Source: Mobula hypostoma
Taxonomy: Eukaryota
Assembly (NCBI RefSeq): GCF_963921235.1
Contig: NC_086108.1
Location: 4,836,001 to 4,900,000 of the forward strand
Length of the DNA stretch: 64,000 nt
Reading direction: 5' to 3'
Shown: positions 61,181 to 64,000 of the stretch, one piece after another
Layout of the letters: each line of letters starts with the position of its first letter
Position numbering within the stretch: the first letter of the stretch is position 1
The notes under the pieces: generated by a model
The model's database searches: none
What the model was told of the DNA's origin: nothing
Seen by the model: the letters and a program-made list of their open reading frames with translations, nothing else
Program-made: the position numbers and the translations under genes

Positions 61181-61674
61181 CTCCCCCTAAGATTCTGGGC
61201 AAGACCGTACTAAAACAAGCAGTCACTTTTACCAGATGTGCTCAGTGACACAGATGAGCTGCAAAATGTGATTGCTGCTGCTTCTGCCGGTTGTTCGCAA
61301 TGATATTCCTAGATGTTGATCATTATGCTCATTAGGTATTCAATTGTAGTTAAGACTTCCCTTCTTCCAACTGTAAAGTCACTAAACTTGACAGCAGGTT
61401 CGACTCCCGCATTTCCAAATATGCAGCAAAAGATAATTTGTCCAAAAAACCCCACAAGATGTCAGCACTCTATGGCCAGAGGACGAAAGGGAAGAGGCAA
61501 AGGTTGCTACTGTGTACTCTGCTTTGCAGCCAATTAATCCATTTACTAGACTTTTCTGATTTCTCTAAATGTTGGCTTTGGACTACGATAACAATTGCCA
61601 AATGGCAGCAATTCAACACTGAATTCAGCTTTAAAAAGGACAAATTTAATTTTTATTTCGGGATACTGCGCCAA

Positions 61675-61945
61675 ATAGAGATACAGGGGAGAACGGAGCT
61701 AAGGAGGAATTTCTTTAGCCAGATAGTGGTGAATCTGTGGAATCTGTTCCTACAGGAGGCTGTGGAAGCCAAGTCATTGGGTATACTTAATACAGACGTT
61801 GATAGGTTCTTGATTAATCAGGGCATGAAGGCACATGGGGAGAAGGCAGCAGATTGGGTCTGAGATGGACATTGGATCAGCCATGATGAAATGGCAGAGC
61901 AGACTCAGTGAGCCAAATGGTCTAATTCTCCTCCTATATCTTATG
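61675..61945 (+). mobile_element. CR1 LINE 3' end
   Basis: RRNFFSQIVVNLWN and CR1 3' UTR. Confidence 0.8.
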
Positions 61946-61973
61946 GTAATGGTTCCTTAAGGTTATAATATTC

Positions 61974-62532
61974 GGGGGTGGTAGTGGGGATAAGCTCCCA
62001 CTACCTATTAACTGCTCCCAATTGTGTGTGCCTCAAATAGCCTCTGATAACCAAGTACAGCTCCTGGCCTTCATGTCTGGCTTAGCTACTAAGCCCATTG
62101 GAACCTTTTCTAATGACAGGAGAAGGGGCAAAGGTGAGTCACTGGCGCCTTAAAACCAGTTGCTTTGGGCAAATGGGGCTGTGGTTGGCAGCTCATCTAA
62201 GAGAAGGAAAACTCTGATCTCAAACCTCCGCTGCCTTGCAGCTATACCCACTCATGGGGAAAGGCTTGGGAGTAAATCCAGAGGGAAAAATCCGGAGCTG
62301 GAGTCCCTAAGGCATTCCGACACGGAGTTCAACACTGCCTGGCAACTGCTACGCCGCTGGTGCAAGACTGTATCAGTCTTTGTAGCTCCTTTGGGTTCAT
62401 CAGCGGCGTGGAGAGGGGAAGCTTGCTGCATGGGCAACAACTTGCTCTCCATATCGTACTGCCCTGGCTTGTGTATCTGGACAGCTAGGACACAACGTCC
62501 ATGGTCGACCCTGACTGACAAAGACCTCACTC
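61974..62532 (+). mobile_element. Probable non-autonomous RTE/Vingi-like retroelement (non-coding)
   Basis: G-run start, hairpin-rich GC-rich head, AGAAGGAAAACTCTG motif; single copy here, so the family call is from memory only. Confidence 0.4.
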
Positions 62533-62765
62533 AGCAACCCACGACAACCCCAATTTAACCCTTAGTCTAATCTCAGGACAATTTACAAATGACCGATTAA
62601 CCTACCCGGTAAATCTTTGGGCTGCAGGAGGAAACTGGAGCACCCAAGGAAACCTTCATATTCCAAGGGACGGATGTACAGAGACACCTTACAGAGGATG
62701 CTGGGATTGAACTCGGGCACTCTGAGCTGTAATGGCATCGTGCTGATCACTACGCTACTGTGGTT
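62533..62765 (-). mobile_element. V-SINE
   Basis: V-domain on the minus strand. Confidence 0.75.
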
Positions 62766-63419
62766 TCTGGTAATTTAACGACTGCGACTTCATGGAAAAT
62801 TGTTAACCTTCAACCTCCATCAAATCTTAAATACCTATCTTGCATATTTCAGGCAAAGCAAAATTAAAACTGATTATGTCAAGTTTATTGTCATTTAACT
62901 ATATACATGTATACCATCAAATGAGACAATGTTTCTCCGAACCAGGGTGTAAACCACTGAGGTACCCATAACATCCAATAACTATTTTAAATTTATATTT
63001 ACTGTAGTTGACAGTGTTTTTGCATATTACCATTGTACTGCTGCTGCAAAGTTAACAAAGTTCACAACACATGCAGGTGATATTAAACCTGATTCTGACT
63101 CTAATGTGGAGGGACTGGTAGAATCATTGGAATGTGGGAAGAAAAGATTACAGAGAATAGGAATGAGCAAATCTCAAAACCGAACTGATTCTACAACCAA
63201 TAGATTCACTTTCAACGAATCGACAACTTGTATTCTTAGTTTTAGTTGTTTATTATTTGCAGTTTGTTTCTTTTACACATTGGTCTGTCAGTCTTTGTGT
63301 GCAGTTTTTCATTGCTCTATTCTATTTCTTTGTTCTACTATGAATGCCTGCAAGAAAATGAATCTCTAGTATTATATGGTACCTTGATAATAAATTTACT
63401 TTGAATTTAATTAGGACAC

Positions 63420-63722
63420 CTCAGTAATGTAGCAGTCAGCACAGCGTTATTACAGCTTGGGACATTCCAGATTTTGGAGTTTAATTTCACCACCGTCTGT
63501 GAGGAATTTCTACGTTCTCCCCAAGACCACGCGGGTTTCCTCCGGGTGCTCTGGTTTCCTCCCGCAGTCCAAAGACATACCGGTTAGTAGGTTAATTGGT
63601 CATTGTAAATTGTCCTATGATTAGGCTAGGGTTAAATCAGTGGGTTGCTGGACAGCGCTGCTCAGTGGGCCAGAAGGGGCTGTTCCATGCTCTACCTCGA
63701 AATAGACAGACAGATAAATAAA
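63420..63722 (+). mobile_element. V-SINE
   Basis: tRNA-like head, V-domain and (AAAT)n tail. Confidence 0.82.
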
Positions 63723-64000
63723 TGTTTAAAATATATATATTTAAACTTTGAATTGAATTGCTATGAACCAGCATAGACTCAACAGGCTAAATGGTATTGT
63801 TCCATTGTAAGGCACACACATATCAGAACCTGACACTCAAGGCAGCAATTCCCTTCCCTTGATAGCTTGTATGTATGCACACAACTTAACTTGCAGAGAT
63901 CAAGCCCCACTGTACTCTTCCTTAGGACATATCAAGTATTCAGAGACCATGGAAAGAATTTGCTGCCTCGATGGCTGAACAAATTAGAATAACAGGCAAC

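Noticed and set aside
61233..61370. Minus-strand coding exon candidate
   Set aside because: Weak splice sites and stops in all three frames

Overview
Vertebrate non-coding DNA, very probably from a cartilaginous fish. This is inferred from the repeat spectrum: HE1-like V-SINEs, a SacSINE1-like Deu-domain SINE, and abundant CR1, Rex1/Babar and Penelope-like elements. Most of the window is decayed and often nested transposable elements. I recognise no host protein-coding gene, tRNA, rRNA or CRISPR array; nearly all ORFs in the track are TE fragments or chance ORFs. Best-defined structures: (1) a complete 3.5-kb non-autonomous Gmr1-like Ty3/gypsy LTR element (12757-16260, minus strand) with 849-bp LTRs, TAAG TSD, tRNA-Pro PBS, PPT and a SCAN-type gag fused to pol remnants, nested in an IR/DR Tc1-like element; (2) many Penelope-like pLTR copies of two families carrying minimal type-I hammerhead ribozyme motifs, the best preserved at 44054-44095; (3) two minisatellites (37 and 38 bp) that arose inside TE sequence; (4) a CR1 5' part with an SGNH-esterase ORF1. 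A few minus-strand exon candidates suggest, weakly, that the window is intronic. I found no convincing wholly new system; the best leads are variants of known TE biology. Boundaries of decayed repeats are approximate and family names come from motif recognition, not database search.
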